In this document: positions 1-12,869 of the stretch, one piece after another
How the letters are laid out: each line of letters opens with the position of its first letter
Numbering within the stretch: position 1 is the stretch's first letter
Assembly (NCBI GenBank): GCA_030390025.1
Contig: CM059431.1
Location: 152,088,001 to 152,152,000, forward strand
Length of the DNA: 64,000 nt
Direction of reading: 5' to 3'
DNA from: Squalus acanthias
Lineage: Eukaryota
Translations under genes and position numbers: made by a program
The notes under the pieces: model-generated
Seen by the model: only the letters and a program-made list of their open reading frames with translations
Databases searched by the model: none
Told to the model about the DNA's origin: nothing

Positions 1-2376
1 GCTACGAGACACCGCCCAACAGACGACGCAACAGAACAACGCTGCCTGCATGCAGACCAAGAAAAGGAAGCTTGAGAAACTCGGCATCACCACCAGCAGC
101 AACCAAGCCTCCCCCGGTACCACGGTTGCAATCAAAGGGAAGTCCATCGTCAACTTGTCTGACCACACCCTTCAACCATTCGAAATCGAAGTTCTCAGCC
201 GAGGGCTTATTTTCTGCCCCACCACCAAAATGGACCCCATCGGTCTCGCGGCAGCCACAGAGGAATTCATCAGGAGAATGAGGCTCGGGAATTCTTCCAC
301 TAATCCCAAGATGTCAGCAGCGAACCCAAACAGACAATCAATGATCCGGAACAGCAGACAGAGCGACCCGCAATGCAGCAACCGAAGAATAAAGAGTCAA
401 ATTGTTCCCCTCCGGAGGGTCGCTGCCCCAATCTTGACATGTAAGCTCAAGCTGTCAGGAGATGCATCAACGGCAGATTCATCAGCCGCACTCACAAGAC
501 AATCCAGAATGTCACCCGAGCACAACTCAACGCCATCTATGCTCTCAAGACCAACTGCAACATCGTCATCAAACCAGCGGACAAAGGAGGAGCCATCGTC
601 ATACAGAACAGAATGGCCTATTGCAAAGAAGCAGACAGACAACTGGACAACCAGGAATACTACAGACAGTTACCCGCAGATCCGACCAAAGTACACACCC
701 GCCAGCTCAATAGACTGATCAAGACCTTCGATCCAGACCTACAAAGCATCCTACGCGCTCTCATCCCACGTACTCCCCGCGTGGGAGACTTCTACTGCCT
801 CCCAAAGATGCACAAAGCCAACACACCCGGACGTCCCATCGTATCAGGCAACGGAACCCTGTGTGAGAACCTCTCTGGATACGTCGAGGGCATCCTGAAA
901 CCCATCGTACAGGGAAACCTCAGCTTCTGTCGCGACACTACAGACTTCTTACAGAAACTCAGCACCCACGGACCAGTTGAAGCAAGAACACTCATCGCCA
1001 CGATGGACGTCTCAGCACTCCACACCAGTATCCCCCCACGATGACGGCATCGCTGCGACAGCCTCAGTACTTAACACCAACAACAGCCAATCTCCAGACG
1101 CCATCCTACAACTCATCCGCTTCATCCTTGACCACAATGCCTTCACCTTCGATAACCAGTTTTTTACCCAAACACATGGAACAGCCATGGGACCAAATTC
1201 GCACACCAATATGCCAACATCTTCATGCACAAGTTCGAGCAAGAATTCTTCGCTACAGAGGACCGCCAACCAACGCTATACATCAGATTCATCGACGACA
1301 TTTTCTTCCTATAGACCCACGGCGAAGAATCACTGAAAAGACAACACGATAACATCAACAAGTTCCATCCCACCATCAAACTCACTATGGACTACTCCTC
1401 AGAATCGGTTTCATTCTTGGACACACGAATCTCCATCAAAGACGGACACCTCAGCACTTCACACTACTGCAACCCCACGGACAACCTCACGATGCTCCAC
1501 TTCTCCAGCTTCCACCCTACCCACGTTAAAGAAGCCATCCACTATGGACAAGCCTGCGAATACACAGGATCTGCTCAGACGAGGAGGAACACGATGGACA
1601 ACCTACAGACGCTGAAAGACGCCCTCGTAAGAACGGGATATGACGCTCGACTCGTCGATCGACAGTTCCGACGGGCCACAGCGAAAAATCACGTAGACCT
1701 CCTCAGAAGACAAACACTGGACATAACCAACAGAGTACCCTACGTCGTCAAGTACTTCCCCGGAGCGGAGAAACTACGCCATGTTCTTCGCAGCCTTCAG
1801 CATGTCATCGATGACGATGAACACCTCGCTAAGGCCTTCCCCACGCCTCCACTACTCACCTTCAAACAGCCGCCTTACCTCAAACAGACCATCGTTCGCA
1901 GCAAATTACCCAGCTTTCAGGAGAACAGCGACCACGACACCACACAGCCCTGCCACGGCAACCTCTGCAAGACATGCCAGATCATCAACACAGATACCAT
2001 CATCACACGTGAGGACACCACCCACCAGGTACATGGTACATACTCATGTGACTCGGCTAACGTTGTCTACCTCATACGTTGCAGGAAAGGATGCCCTGGA
2101 GCATGGTACATCGGCGAGAACATGCAGACACTGCGACAACGTATGAAAGGACACCACGCAACAATCGCCAGGCAGGAGTGTTCCCTCCCAATCGGGGAAC
2201 ACTTCAGCAGTCAAGGACATTCAGCCTCCGATCTTCGGGTAAGTGTTCTCCAAGTCGGCCTTCGAGAAACACGACAACGCAAAATCGTGGAGCAGAAACT
2301 GATAGCCAAGTTCCGCATCCATGAGGACGGACTCAACCGGGATCTTTGGTTCATGTCACGCTACATGTAACCCCAC

Positions 2377-2410
2377 CTGACGTAGAGTCATCCAGACTCG
2401 AGTCGTCGTT
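2377..2410 (+). ncRNA. Degenerate hammerhead ribozyme-like motif just after the Penelope ORF stop
   Basis: CTGACGT-A, then stem II GAGTC-ATCCA-GACTC, then GAGT instead of GAAA. Core nucleotides are mutated. Confidence 0.5.
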
Positions 2411-2702
2411 GGCTTGTTCTCTCGACACAGATGCGGCCGGACCTGCTGTGATTTCCAGCAAAAAATGTTTTTTGATTTCCATGCAGATCCCAGCATCTGC
2501 CACAATAACACCCTTGTGACCCCACCTCATTGTCTTTGATGTAATGTTTTCCTGACTGACCTGTTTGGACATCAACCACACATGTGATTGCCGTGATTAT
2601 CTCTCTGACGAGGTGTGATAAAGGGCTGTTAGAAAGATGAAATGTAATCAACTGGCAGTGTTCTCTGACTATATAGGCTGATCCGATATGCATCTCTTCA
2701 CT

Positions 2703-2739
2703 TCACCTGACGAAGGAGCAGCGCTCCGAAAGCTTGTGA
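2703..2739 (+). ncRNA. Minimal type I hammerhead ribozyme
   Basis: TCAC-CTGACGA-A-GGAGC(AGC)GCTCC-GAAA-GC-TT-GTGA: stem I TCAC/GTGA, intact CUGANGA and GAAA cores, perfect 5-bp stem II, palindromic AAGCTT stem III. Confidence 0.8.
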
Positions 2740-2827
2740 TTTCAAATAAAGCTGTTGGACTATAACCTGATGTTGTCCGACTTCTCACATTTGTCCACCC
2801 CAGTCCAACACCGGCATCTCAACATCA

Positions 2828-3255
2828 CAGTAATGTTGGAGTGCGGTCACCAGCAGTAATGTTACTGTAGAGTCACCAGCAGTAATGTTAGAGTAGATTC
2901 TCTACCAGTAATGTTAGAGTAGGGTCACTTCCAGTAATGTTAGAGCAGGGTCTACACAATTAATGTTAGTGTAGGGTCTCCATCAATAATCTTCGGTTCA
3001 GTCATCACCAATAATGTTAGAGTAGGTTCACCACCAGTAATTGTCGATTAGAGTCACCAAAAGTAATGTTAGATTAGGGTCATCACCAGTAATCTTACTG
3101 CAGGATCACCACCAGTAATATTAGAGTAGAATCATCACCATTAATGTTAGGTGTTGGCCACTACCAGTAATATTAGTGTAGGATCACCACCAGAATATTA
3201 GAGAAGGGTGACCACCAGTAATGTTAGGACAGAGTCGTCAATAGTAACGTTAAAG
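2828..3255 (+). repeat. 26-bp minisatellite, short array (consensus AGTAATGTTAGAGTAGGGTCACCACC)
   Basis: About 16 diverged tandem units with the same consensus as 20920-24095. Confidence 0.92.
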
Positions 3256-3632
3256 CGTTACTTATGTAATGGATGAGAGAAGATTTCACAATTTATTTGA
3301 GGCCCTGTGAAGCTAACACAGGGATTTGGAGAGATGTTCCCTTCAGGGTTCACATGACGGGCGCAGAGCACAGTCACTCTGGAATTAACTCCCTTTCATT
3401 GTTTTTAATGGACGGAGAATCATGGATTCAGCTGTACAATTTCCCCATTGGGCGCACTACAGCAGAAAATCGCCACTTGTTTGTTAAGTGGCTGTAACTA
3501 AGTTCAATTATTATGTAACCTCATTTTCTCACCAGGGCACGGATTGTTCAATAAAGGGGGAGAATCTACGGATCTCAGAGAAACACCAGTCGGAACTGCA
3601 ATGCAGGACAGAATTCACACAGTCTTCTGAAA

Positions 3633-6208
3633 ATGGCACGGCCAATAATTGTACAGATAAAGGACATATGCTATCATTTTCTCGCAGTCTTTGGTATTCT
3701 CGGTAAGTCAATGCATCCTTTTGTTTTATAGTTGTTAACGATCTCACTGCTAATGATTATGTTACAGATTCCGTGAAGATCATTTATCCACCGGGAGAAT
3801 TTGGTGAATATAAACGGGAATCCTACCAGCCCGCGCGGCCGGTTAGGCGCTATTCTGTCCAGAAGATCTTGGGCACGGGGCACTCAACTTCCCTCTCTGC
3901 ACTGAGTGAGGGCAAAGCTGATTCCCCGGCCCCTCCAACAGTACATAGTCCAGGAAAGAAATGTTGCTTAGTGTCCATAGTATTTATTTCATTTTTCCCG
4001 TGGTTCCCTGTCTATTTTAAGTTGATAATTGGTCGGACTGCAGCTACCTCCACCCAACAGCTGAATATTTTATTGAATCCATATATTTCTAGTAATTGCT
4101 GCGAAATTATATTTAACCACTGCCTGAAGTATGGTGGAAGGGAGTCGGGATTTGAGTCCCTCTATATTGAATATTCAATGTTTCATTCCTTTTAAATCAT
4201 TTTTTTTTGATATATAAATGACCTGGATATTGGTACACAGAGTGTAATTTCTAAATTTGCCGCTGACACCAAACTTGGGGGTACGGCAAACAGTAGCTGA
4301 AACAGGACATAGAAAGGCTAGCAGAATGGGCAGACAAGTGGCAGATGGAATTTAATACAGAGAAGTGTGAGGTGATGAATTTTGGCAGAAGGAACAGGGA
4401 GAGGCAATATACACTCAATGGCACAGTTTTAAAGATTGTGCAGGGACAGAGGGACCTGCGAGTTAATGAGCATAGGTCCCTGATAGTGGCGGGACATATT
4501 GAGGGATTGGTTAACAAAGCATATGAGATCTTGGGCTTCATAAATACAGGTATTGAGTACAATAGTAGAGAAGTGATGCTGAACGTTTATAAAACGCTAG
4601 TCAGGCCACAACTGGATAATTGCGTCCAGTTCAGATCACCACACTTTAGGAAGGATGTGAAGGCCGTTGAGAGGGTGCAAAGGAGAATTACCAGAATGTT
4701 TCCGGGGATGGGGGTTCTTGGCTACAAGGACAGGTTGGAGAAGCTGGATTTTCTTTCATTAGAGCAAAGGAGGTTGAGGGCTGATTTGATAGAGGTGTAA
4801 AAGATTATGGCGGGTTTCGATAGGCTAGACGGGGAAAGGCTCTTCCCACTAGTTGATGGAAAAACGACTAGGGGACACAGATTTAAGGTTTTGGGTAAGA
4901 TTTACAGGGGGGATTTAAAGAAAGAGTTTTTGGCGCAGTGAGTGGTGAGCACCTGGAATTCACTGCCGCCGGAAGTGGTGGGAGCGGAGACACTCAATGT
5001 TTTCAAGGGCTCACTGGATACGCACTTGAGTGAAATAATCTCGTAGGGCTACAGGGATAGCGGGGGGTGGATGGGACTGATTGGAGTGCTCTACAGAGAG
5101 CCGGCACGGACTCTATGGGCCGAATGCCCTCCCTCTCTGCTGTAATGTCTGTATGGCTCTTTTACTCCTCAACGCTCGCCTATATGGCAAAACATCAATG
5201 CAGTAACACTAAGTAGGGACACATCTGAGCAATCCCCACAATAAGCTGTGAGGTCTATCCGGGTGTCCCTGTTACTAAACTCTTCTCCCTCTTCCTTACA
5301 GCGAACCTACTGACAATCCTGATTTTCTCCAGCGGAAATTGAGGCCTTTCCAAATGTATCTCGATCTACATGGTTGCCAAGGCGACAGCAGATCTACTGA
5401 TCATCATCTTCCATATACTGGTAATTCAGATTTTCTGTTACCACTTTCCGCATTCATTCCTGTCCTACACTGCCGTGTGTAAATCCATTCATTACATCAA
5501 TACCGTCACCCTGGATATGTCGGTGTGGTTTACAGTCTTGTTCACTTTTGACCTATTTGTAACTATATGTTGTCAGAAGTTTAAAACAAAATATAGCACA
5601 GTGAGAACTGCGGCAGCTGTTTTAACAACGGTCCTTGTGCTGGTCTGTATAGAGAATATCCCATTTGATTTCTCCTATGAATCTCAACGAATCATTAACA
5701 ATGATTCCTGGGGATGCCGCACCAGTGAAGCCTTTTATTCATCGCCTGCAGGCATAGCCTATTTCCGCATTCAATATATTTTAGTTCCATGGTTTGCTGT
5801 TGCTTTGATATTATTGTTTAATTGTTAACAATCAGACGAATTGTAGTAAGCAGTAGGGCCCGCAGGGGACTCCGGGGTCACTGCAGTGAGAATCAGAGCG
5901 ATCCAGAGATGGAGAGCAGGAGGAAATCCATCATTTTACTGTTCACTGTATCGGGCAGTTTTATACTGTTGTGGTTGACATCTGTCGTGAGTAACTTGAA
6001 GAACAGCCTGGCCGTTTATTACAAAGGTGAGTATGAAACCCCTGCATACACCCTGTCTGAAAGCGGATTTATGCTCATGTATTTGAGTTCCTGTACAAAC
6101 ACCTGCATTTATGCAGCGACACAAACCAAATTCAGGCAAGAGCTGGTGAAGGTGGTGAAATCTCCTTGGACATTGATTCTGATATTGGTTAATAAAATGA
6201 AGAATTAA
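3633..6208 (+). pseudogene. GPR139-like class A GPCR pseudogene, copy 1 (exon 1 3633-3702, exon 2 5302-6208)
   Basis: Exon 1 reads MARPIIVQIKDICYHFLAVFGIL followed by GTAAGT; the acceptor is ccttacag|. Exon 2 reads ANLLTILIFSSGN*GLSKCISIYMVA.. with TGA at 5340-5342. The DRF motif has become DLF, there is a frameshift at ~5826, and TM6/TM7 (RRKSIILLF, SSCTNTCIYA) are present. Confidence 0.88.
4200..5163 (+). mobile_element. 5'-truncated CR1 LINE inside intron 1 of GPCR copy 1
   Basis: RT C-terminus (ISKFAADTK, WQMEFNTEKCEV, RPQLDNCVQF). The homologous intron position in copies 2 and 3 is empty. Confidence 0.88.
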
Positions 6209-6998
6209 ACCATAGCTTCCTGTCCTAACTAGAGCTCAATTACAGCCCGTGTTCCGTTTTAGAATGGCAATCTTTCCTTGGGACAAAGGCGGTTTGTTCT
6301 GGTGAAAATGAACAGGTATCAGGAAATATTATTCCCAATTTGTTCCGTGTGTTTGATGTCTGCTGCTTTCCCCGGGTAAACATAATCGATTCCCGCTAAA
6401 ACAGCGCCCTTTCCGCTCAAGATTCAAGGAGAACAGTCATGACTGATCTTCAGCAGTGGAGTAGAACATGTGTGCGTCAGCGTTAACTACCACACACAGC
6501 AGCTACCGGAATGAGACGCTCAGTTTAATTAACAGATAGACATTCCTTTAGTGTAGAAACAATATGTTACAATGGTGTTTATTTGTAATTCTGTACTCTT
6601 GATGTGAATGTTGCAGGCGCTGGACTCCCCATCAGACTCCGGCCCCCATTGTCACCTGGACCAATAGAACGGGGCCCTGTCTCCTGATCAGTGTTTAATG
6701 ATGGAGACAGTAGGAACTTGTCTCGTCAATCTGACATTAGACATCTTTGTTCACAGATATTTACTGAAAATCTCAAATGGTCATCAGTTTGTTGGAATGT
6801 TATAAGAGGGAAAATAACTGTACATCCCAATTAGTCCTTCTCAGCGTTTACCTTCCAGCCGATTAAATAGTTCCAATAACTTTATCCGCCCGGTCTCAAC
6901 ATCAATTCCACCTATTTTTGTTCACACAATTTAGTCTCCAATTTTGACATAATTTCTGCCTCTGTTAATTCCACAGCTTCACCAGTCTCAATGTAAAG

Positions 6999-7161
6999 TG
7001 TGGGGTTACGGGGGTTGGGTGGGATATGTGTACTGTGGGGATTGGAGCAGGGACAGGGTACTGGATTTGGATGATCAGCCATGATCGTATTGAATGGTGG
7101 AGCAGGCTCGACGGGCCGAATGGCCTACTCCTGCTCCTAGATTCTATGTTTCTATGTTTCT
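6999..7161 (+). mobile_element. Short CR1-type 3' tail insertion with target-site duplication
   Basis: ggccgaatggcctactcctgctcct plus a (TTCTATGT)n tail, flanked by ATGTAAAG at 6991-6998 and 7162-7169. Confidence 0.7.
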
Positions 7162-7417
7162 ATGTAAAGAGGAGTCTCTGACCACCCGTTCTAAATCTCT
7201 TCAATCCATACTTTAATCTATAGCCGTTAGTTCCAGACCCTTCAAATAATGGCAGCAGTCTGCTTCTTTCTATTCTCTACCGTAGCTTCTTAACCTAAAG
7301 CACCTGGGCACAACTCGCCAAAACATCTCATCCTGGTATCAATTTACAATCTAGTACAAGTCAGGTAAGCGTCGTTAAGTTAGTTAATTGATTGCTTTCT
7401 CTTGGAGTTGGAAGCGG

Positions 7418-10400
7418 TTTACATAGGATGTACAGCACAGAAACAGGCCATTCGCCCAACCAGTCCATGTCGGCGTTTAAGCTCCACTCGAGCCTCCTTT
7501 CATCTTTCCTGATCTAACGCTATCAGCACAAAAATATATTCCCTTCTCCCTCCTATTCTTATCTAGCCTCCCTTCAAATATGTCTATACTGTTTGCTTGA
7601 ACCATTCCCTGTGGTAGCGAGGTTCACATCCTCACATTCTATTGGTAAGAACTTTCTTATGAATTCCGTATTTGATTTCTTGGTGACTATCTTGCATTGA
7701 TGACCTTTAGTTTTGCTCTTCCCCACAAGTGAAAACATTCTTTCTCTGTCTACTCTATCAAAACCTTTTCATATTTTAAAGACCTCTATTAGGTCACCCC
7801 TCCACCTTCTCTTTTCAATAGAAAAGAGACCCAGCCTGTTCATTCTTTCCTGATAGGTATATCCTCGCAGTTCTTTTATCATCCTTGTAAATATTTTTTG
7901 CTCCCTCTCCAGTGCCTCTATATCTGTTTTTTTTACAATTTGGCGACCAGAACTGTCCGCAGTTCTCCAAGGCTGGTATTTCTATGCTTCGATACAAGTT
8001 TCGCATAATTCACAACGTTTCAATTCTATACCTCTTGAAATAAACCCTTGTACTTGGTTTGCTTTTTTATGTGTCGCTTGCATGTATAAACCTGCGTCGC
8101 TAGTTTTAGTGGTTTGTGTATTTCTAATCAAAGATCGCTTTGCTTTTGTGTCCCATTTCGATTCTTATTTTCCAAATAATATGTGACTTCCTTATATTTC
8201 TTACAAAAATGTAATACCTCCCATTTATCTGTGTTGAAATGCATTTGCCCAATCTGCAAGTTTATTAATGTCTTCTTGTAATTTGTTGCAGCCCTCCTCA
8301 GTATTGACTTTCACAGCCGCACCCTTCCCCCAATTTGGTGACATCCGCCAATTTAGAAATAGTGTTTTTGATTCCAAAGTTTAAATTGTTAACTTAAATT
8401 GTGAACAAACATGGTCCTAGCAGTGATCATTGTGGGACCCCACTTTTCATAATCTGGCGCTCCGTATAGCTAACATTTACCCCTACTCTCTGCTTTCTGT
8501 CTTGAAGCCAGCTAGCTATCCATTCTGCTCCTTGTTGCCTCACTCTGCATTCGCTGACCTTTTTCATGAGTCTGATATGCAGTACTATATCGAAGGCTTT
8601 TTTGAAATCTCGATAAATTATGTCTACTACTTTACCCTTGTCAACGCTCTCTGTTACCTCTTCAAATAATTCAATGAGTGTGGTCAAACAAGACTTTCTC
8701 TTTTGAAATGCATGCTGACTAATCATTATAATATTTTTGGGTTCTAGATGTTCTTCTATTTTTTCTTTTAGTAGGGATTCCATTATTTATCCGAACACCG
8801 ATGTTAAGATGACTGCTCTATAGTCCCATGGACATGTTCCATTTCCCTTCTTAAATATAAGTATTGTGTTAGCTATCCCCCAGTCCTTTTGAACAATACC
8901 GTTTCCTAACTAATTATTAAATATGTGTAATAGTGTCTCTTCTGTCGCATCCCTAGATTCCTTTAAAATGAACGAATGTAATCCGTCTGGAGCAGGGCAT
9001 TTATCCTGTTAGAATTCGATTAGTTTATTTAATAGTTCTCCTTTTTAATTTTAAATGCTGTTATATCATTTCTAATCTCATTTTCCGATGTCACGTCCAC
9101 CTGACCGTCTCCCTGGTAAATACTGAAGTAAAGTAATTATATAATATTTCTGGAATTTCGCTATCGCTGCCTTTGATTTTATCCTGACCGTTCCTTAATG
9201 GCCGTATTCCCATCCCAAATTTCCTTCTATTTATGTGCGTAGAATATTTTATTACGTTGTTTTATGTTCCTTGCTAATTTAATCGCAAGTTCCCCTTTGC
9301 CTTCCTATTGTTTTTTTGACTTTTCTATTAACTTCCTGTTCTCCCTTGCCATGATCTTCCCTGTTGTCCATTTTCTCAGTGTATGCCTGCTTCCTTATCT
9401 TCAATTTTTCTCTCATGTCTTTATTCATCCATGGCGTCTCATTAGTGTTTAGTTTGTTCTTGAATTTTCGTGGAATATATTTTCCTGGACCTGCTGAATA
9501 AATGTTTCCCATTGTTGTTCTCCATCATTGCTTGCCAATATTGTTGAACATTTTATTTTCCAAGTTCTATTCTCAGCCCCTCAAAATCGCATTTTCTCCA
9601 ATCTATTACCCTGTTCGTCGTCATACTTATGTTCTTCTCAATTATTACCTGCAATCGTATTATATTATGGTCACTATTTCAAGATGCTGCCCCACTTTTA
9701 CTTCTCTTATTTGCTCTGTTTCATTCCCCATTACTCGATCCAGTAGCTAATTCTCCCTTTTCGACTTCTTACCTATTGGGTTCGAAACGAATCCTTTGCA
9801 CATAGTAGGAACTCCAGTCCCTTATCCCCTTTACCCCACTCTTCTGCCCAATTAATTTCGGGGCAATTTAGTCTCCACATGTTTTTTATTGTTTTTTACT
9901 AATTTCTCTGAATTGTTTCCAAATTTCTTCCTTCATCTCTTCTTCCACCATTAGAGGTCTGTAGACTTCCTCTAGGAGTGTGATTCATCCTTCATTATCT
10001 TTTATCTCTATCCACTTGGATTATATTACTATCTTACTGAGAGCTGCGTCATTTTTTCTACTGAAATTATGTTTCCTATAATAAGCACAGCTACTCCAGC
10101 TCCCCTTTCCCCTCTCTATCTATTCTAAATATACCCTGCAATGTTTAATTCCCAGTCCTGATTTTTCTGTAGCCAGGTCTTAGAATTTCCTACAATATCT
10201 GGTTCCTCGCAACATATTAGTGCCTCCAGTTCCCCTGTTTTTTACGGACATAGTGCACATTGCTGTGCAGAGTGTTTAGCTCATGTTTAATAGCAGTTCT
10301 TGTAACTTTATTTTAATCATATTTTTACTCTCTAGTTCTATAACTCTATTTATTACCTAGCGCCGATGTCCTCCCTTTGTTTTTTTTCCCTTCCTATGCT

Positions 10401-11900
10401 CTCATTTCCTGTTTCGTTTATATTTAGTCTGGTTTCATTTCTTATAGATCACTTGTTACGAATGCTTCGTGCATTCAGATAAACAGCCTTTAATTTTAAC
10501 TTTTTACCATTATTCCCTGCTTTCTCCTCATTCACTGATGCCCTATTACCTTTACGCTCTCTGTCCTTTCCTGTCACACTCTGCTTATCTTTATCCAAAT
10601 CGATAAACTGCTCCATTGCCTTGACTTTTAGTTTAAAGCCACATCAACAGTCCGTGATATTCGATTCACCAGGATACAGGTCCCAGCCCGGTTTAAGTGG
10701 AGCCCCTCCCAATGGAACAGCTCACTCTTTTTCCAGAACCTGCGCCATTGCCCATGAATCGAAACCACTTCCTCCCAAACCATTCTTTCATCAAAACATT
10801 TAACTCTCAGTTCTGCTTATCCCTATGGTAATTTGCACGTGGATGAGGTTACAATCCAGAAATTATTATTTTGAGGTCCTGCATTTTAAATTGTATGCTC
10901 GTTCCTCAAACTCTCTCAGCAGAAACTCATTCCTAGTTCGACGTATGTCATTGGTTGCTACGTGGACCACGACCACTGGATCCTCCCCCTCCCACTCCAA
11001 ATGTTTCTCCAGCTGCGGCGAGATATCCTTAAAGCTGAAAGTCAGCAGAGCCTTCGGAACACCCGGTCGTGGCTGCAGAGAACAATATCTATCCGCCTGA
11101 CTATACTGTCCTCTATCACAACTACATTCATTTTCACTCCCCCCACTGGAGTGGACTCCTATACCAAGGTACCATGGTCAGTTTGCTCATCCATCCTGCA
11201 GACTTTGCCCTCATCCACACAGGCAGCAAGAACCTCATACCTGCTAAATACGTACTAAGCCGTGGCTCCTCCAGCAGTGCACCTGGGGTCCTCTTACCAG
11301 CCTGAGTCACAGTCACACCCTCCTGTCCCCGACCACTAACCAGGCCTGTTCCACTACCTAACCTAAGGGGTGTGACTGCCTCCAGGATCAAAGTGTCCAG
11401 GTAACTCTCCCCCGCCCTGATGCCTCGCAATGTTTGCACCTCGGTCTCCTGTTGAACAACTCCGAGCTGAAGTTCCTTGAGGTGCAGGCATTAATGGCAG
11501 ACGTGGTCGTCAGGGATCGCGATGCTCGCCACAAACATTCCACTTGATGCTGTCAAGGCACACAACCTGCACTGCCATCACTATACAAACTCGTTTTAGT
11601 TATTTAATTAATTAATGCTAATGCATTCAATTAACTGAGCTCATGCTTTATTTTTTAACTACTTACTACATCTCGTTTAAGCTATAGGTTGAACCAACTT
11701 CGGCAGCTTCGAGAGCAAAATAAGCTGTAATACTCGCCAACCAATCAGTCACCTGCTCTCCTGCGATTTCACTCCTTGATAATGTGTTGTTGTTTTTGAA
11801 TTACCCGAATAAATATGCCGTTGCTGCTCAGGTCTGCTCTGCCCGAGGATCTTTTCTCCCGCTGCTTTTATGCCGCCGCTCCTCATCTTGCTCAGGTCCG
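7418..11900 (-). mobile_element. Near full-length decayed CR1 LINE
   Basis: Minus-strand 3' tail at ~7418; RT fragments (SQHAFQKRKSCLT..DFKKAFD, 8427-8783); endonuclease region ~9500-10500; ORF1 remnants (10700-11580). Confidence 0.85.
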
Positions 11901-12869
11901 CTATCATGGTTCTGTCCTTTCTGGTACTGAGCAATTAGAGGAATGTACTTGATAGCGTGGCCACAAGAAACATCGGAACCATGCAGGGGGAGATTCTAAT
12001 CAAATATCGACAGAACCCCTACAACCTCTCCCAGCTTGGGAAGATAGCCAGAAAGGGTAGGAATGGCTTGTATCGGATGCCTCTATCTGCCTGATATTGG
12101 GTTATCGCTGTGTGTGCTGAAGTGTGGTGTTGCTCGTGAATACGATACCAGTATGCGATGTGCATGATGAAGATGCCCTGAAGAATGGGTCCAAGACATG
12201 GCCAGTCAAGCTGAAGTCAGCACTACAAGAAATGGTTAACGTGGCTCTGGATAAAATAATGTGTTAAGCAAATGGGTAGAGATCTGCAGAAGAGAATAGA
12301 TCGAGATAGATACATGATGCTGATGAGATATAGTTTCAGTGTTGGCCTTAAGTAATCGAACGCCAACAGTGGGGTATTGTAAAGAAAGAGTTAATCAGAC
12401 TGTCCTAAGGTTTTCTAATGTTATGCCATATTGGTTGATCTTTCTATAGCGTTAATGTATAATATTTAGCTTTTGCCTGCTTAGCAGGGATGTACAAGTC
12501 TACTGTGTACTGATGTGCCAGGTCCGTTCCTTCAGCACTGGTCAGTCTCAGGAGGAAGCAATTCGAGATGTATATAACACATGTCATTGCAAACTGGTTC
12601 ATACATTTCAGAGAACTTTAATCATTTGCTACAATGTGCGAAGACAGTTGCTTTCAGAACGGAAACATCGGGGCATGCATCATCATTTTAATTGTTACGA
12701 ATGATCCAGAAATAAAAGTAGATTTATAATTAATGTTTTCACTTAGTACAATTGAAATGCTGTGTATTAAGAGTGAAGCTATCGATAAGATAATGACTCG
12801 AATGGAATTACGGTTGTAAACCCACCAGAAAAAGTGATTGTTTAGAAAGGAAAACTATCCTTATCGATC

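Larger units (their letters stand above)
1..2827 (+). mobile_element. Penelope-like retroelement (RT + GIY-YIG endonuclease), cut by the window edge at 5', ORF disrupted
   Basis: RT motifs are spread across frames: KPADKGGAIV, YCLPKMHK..PGRPIVS, MDVSALHTSI, QTHGTAMG, and YIRFIDDIFFL* with TAG at 1312-1314. ORF 1387..2370 has the CxxC linker (PCHGNLCKTC) and GIY-YIG motif (NVVYLIRC..WYIGE..LRQRMKGH). The 3' region carries a hammerhead motif and AATAAA. Confidence 0.93.

Noticed and set aside
3773..4195. 140-aa ORF in GPCR intron 1 as a nested gene
   Set aside because: The homologous intron sequence in copies 2 and 3 does not keep this frame, and no domain is recognisable.
5340..5342. In-frame TGA at a conserved Cys as possible selenocysteine
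   Set aside because: The same gene has a downstream frameshift and no SECIS was recognised; a TGC>TGA nonsense change is the simpler explanation.
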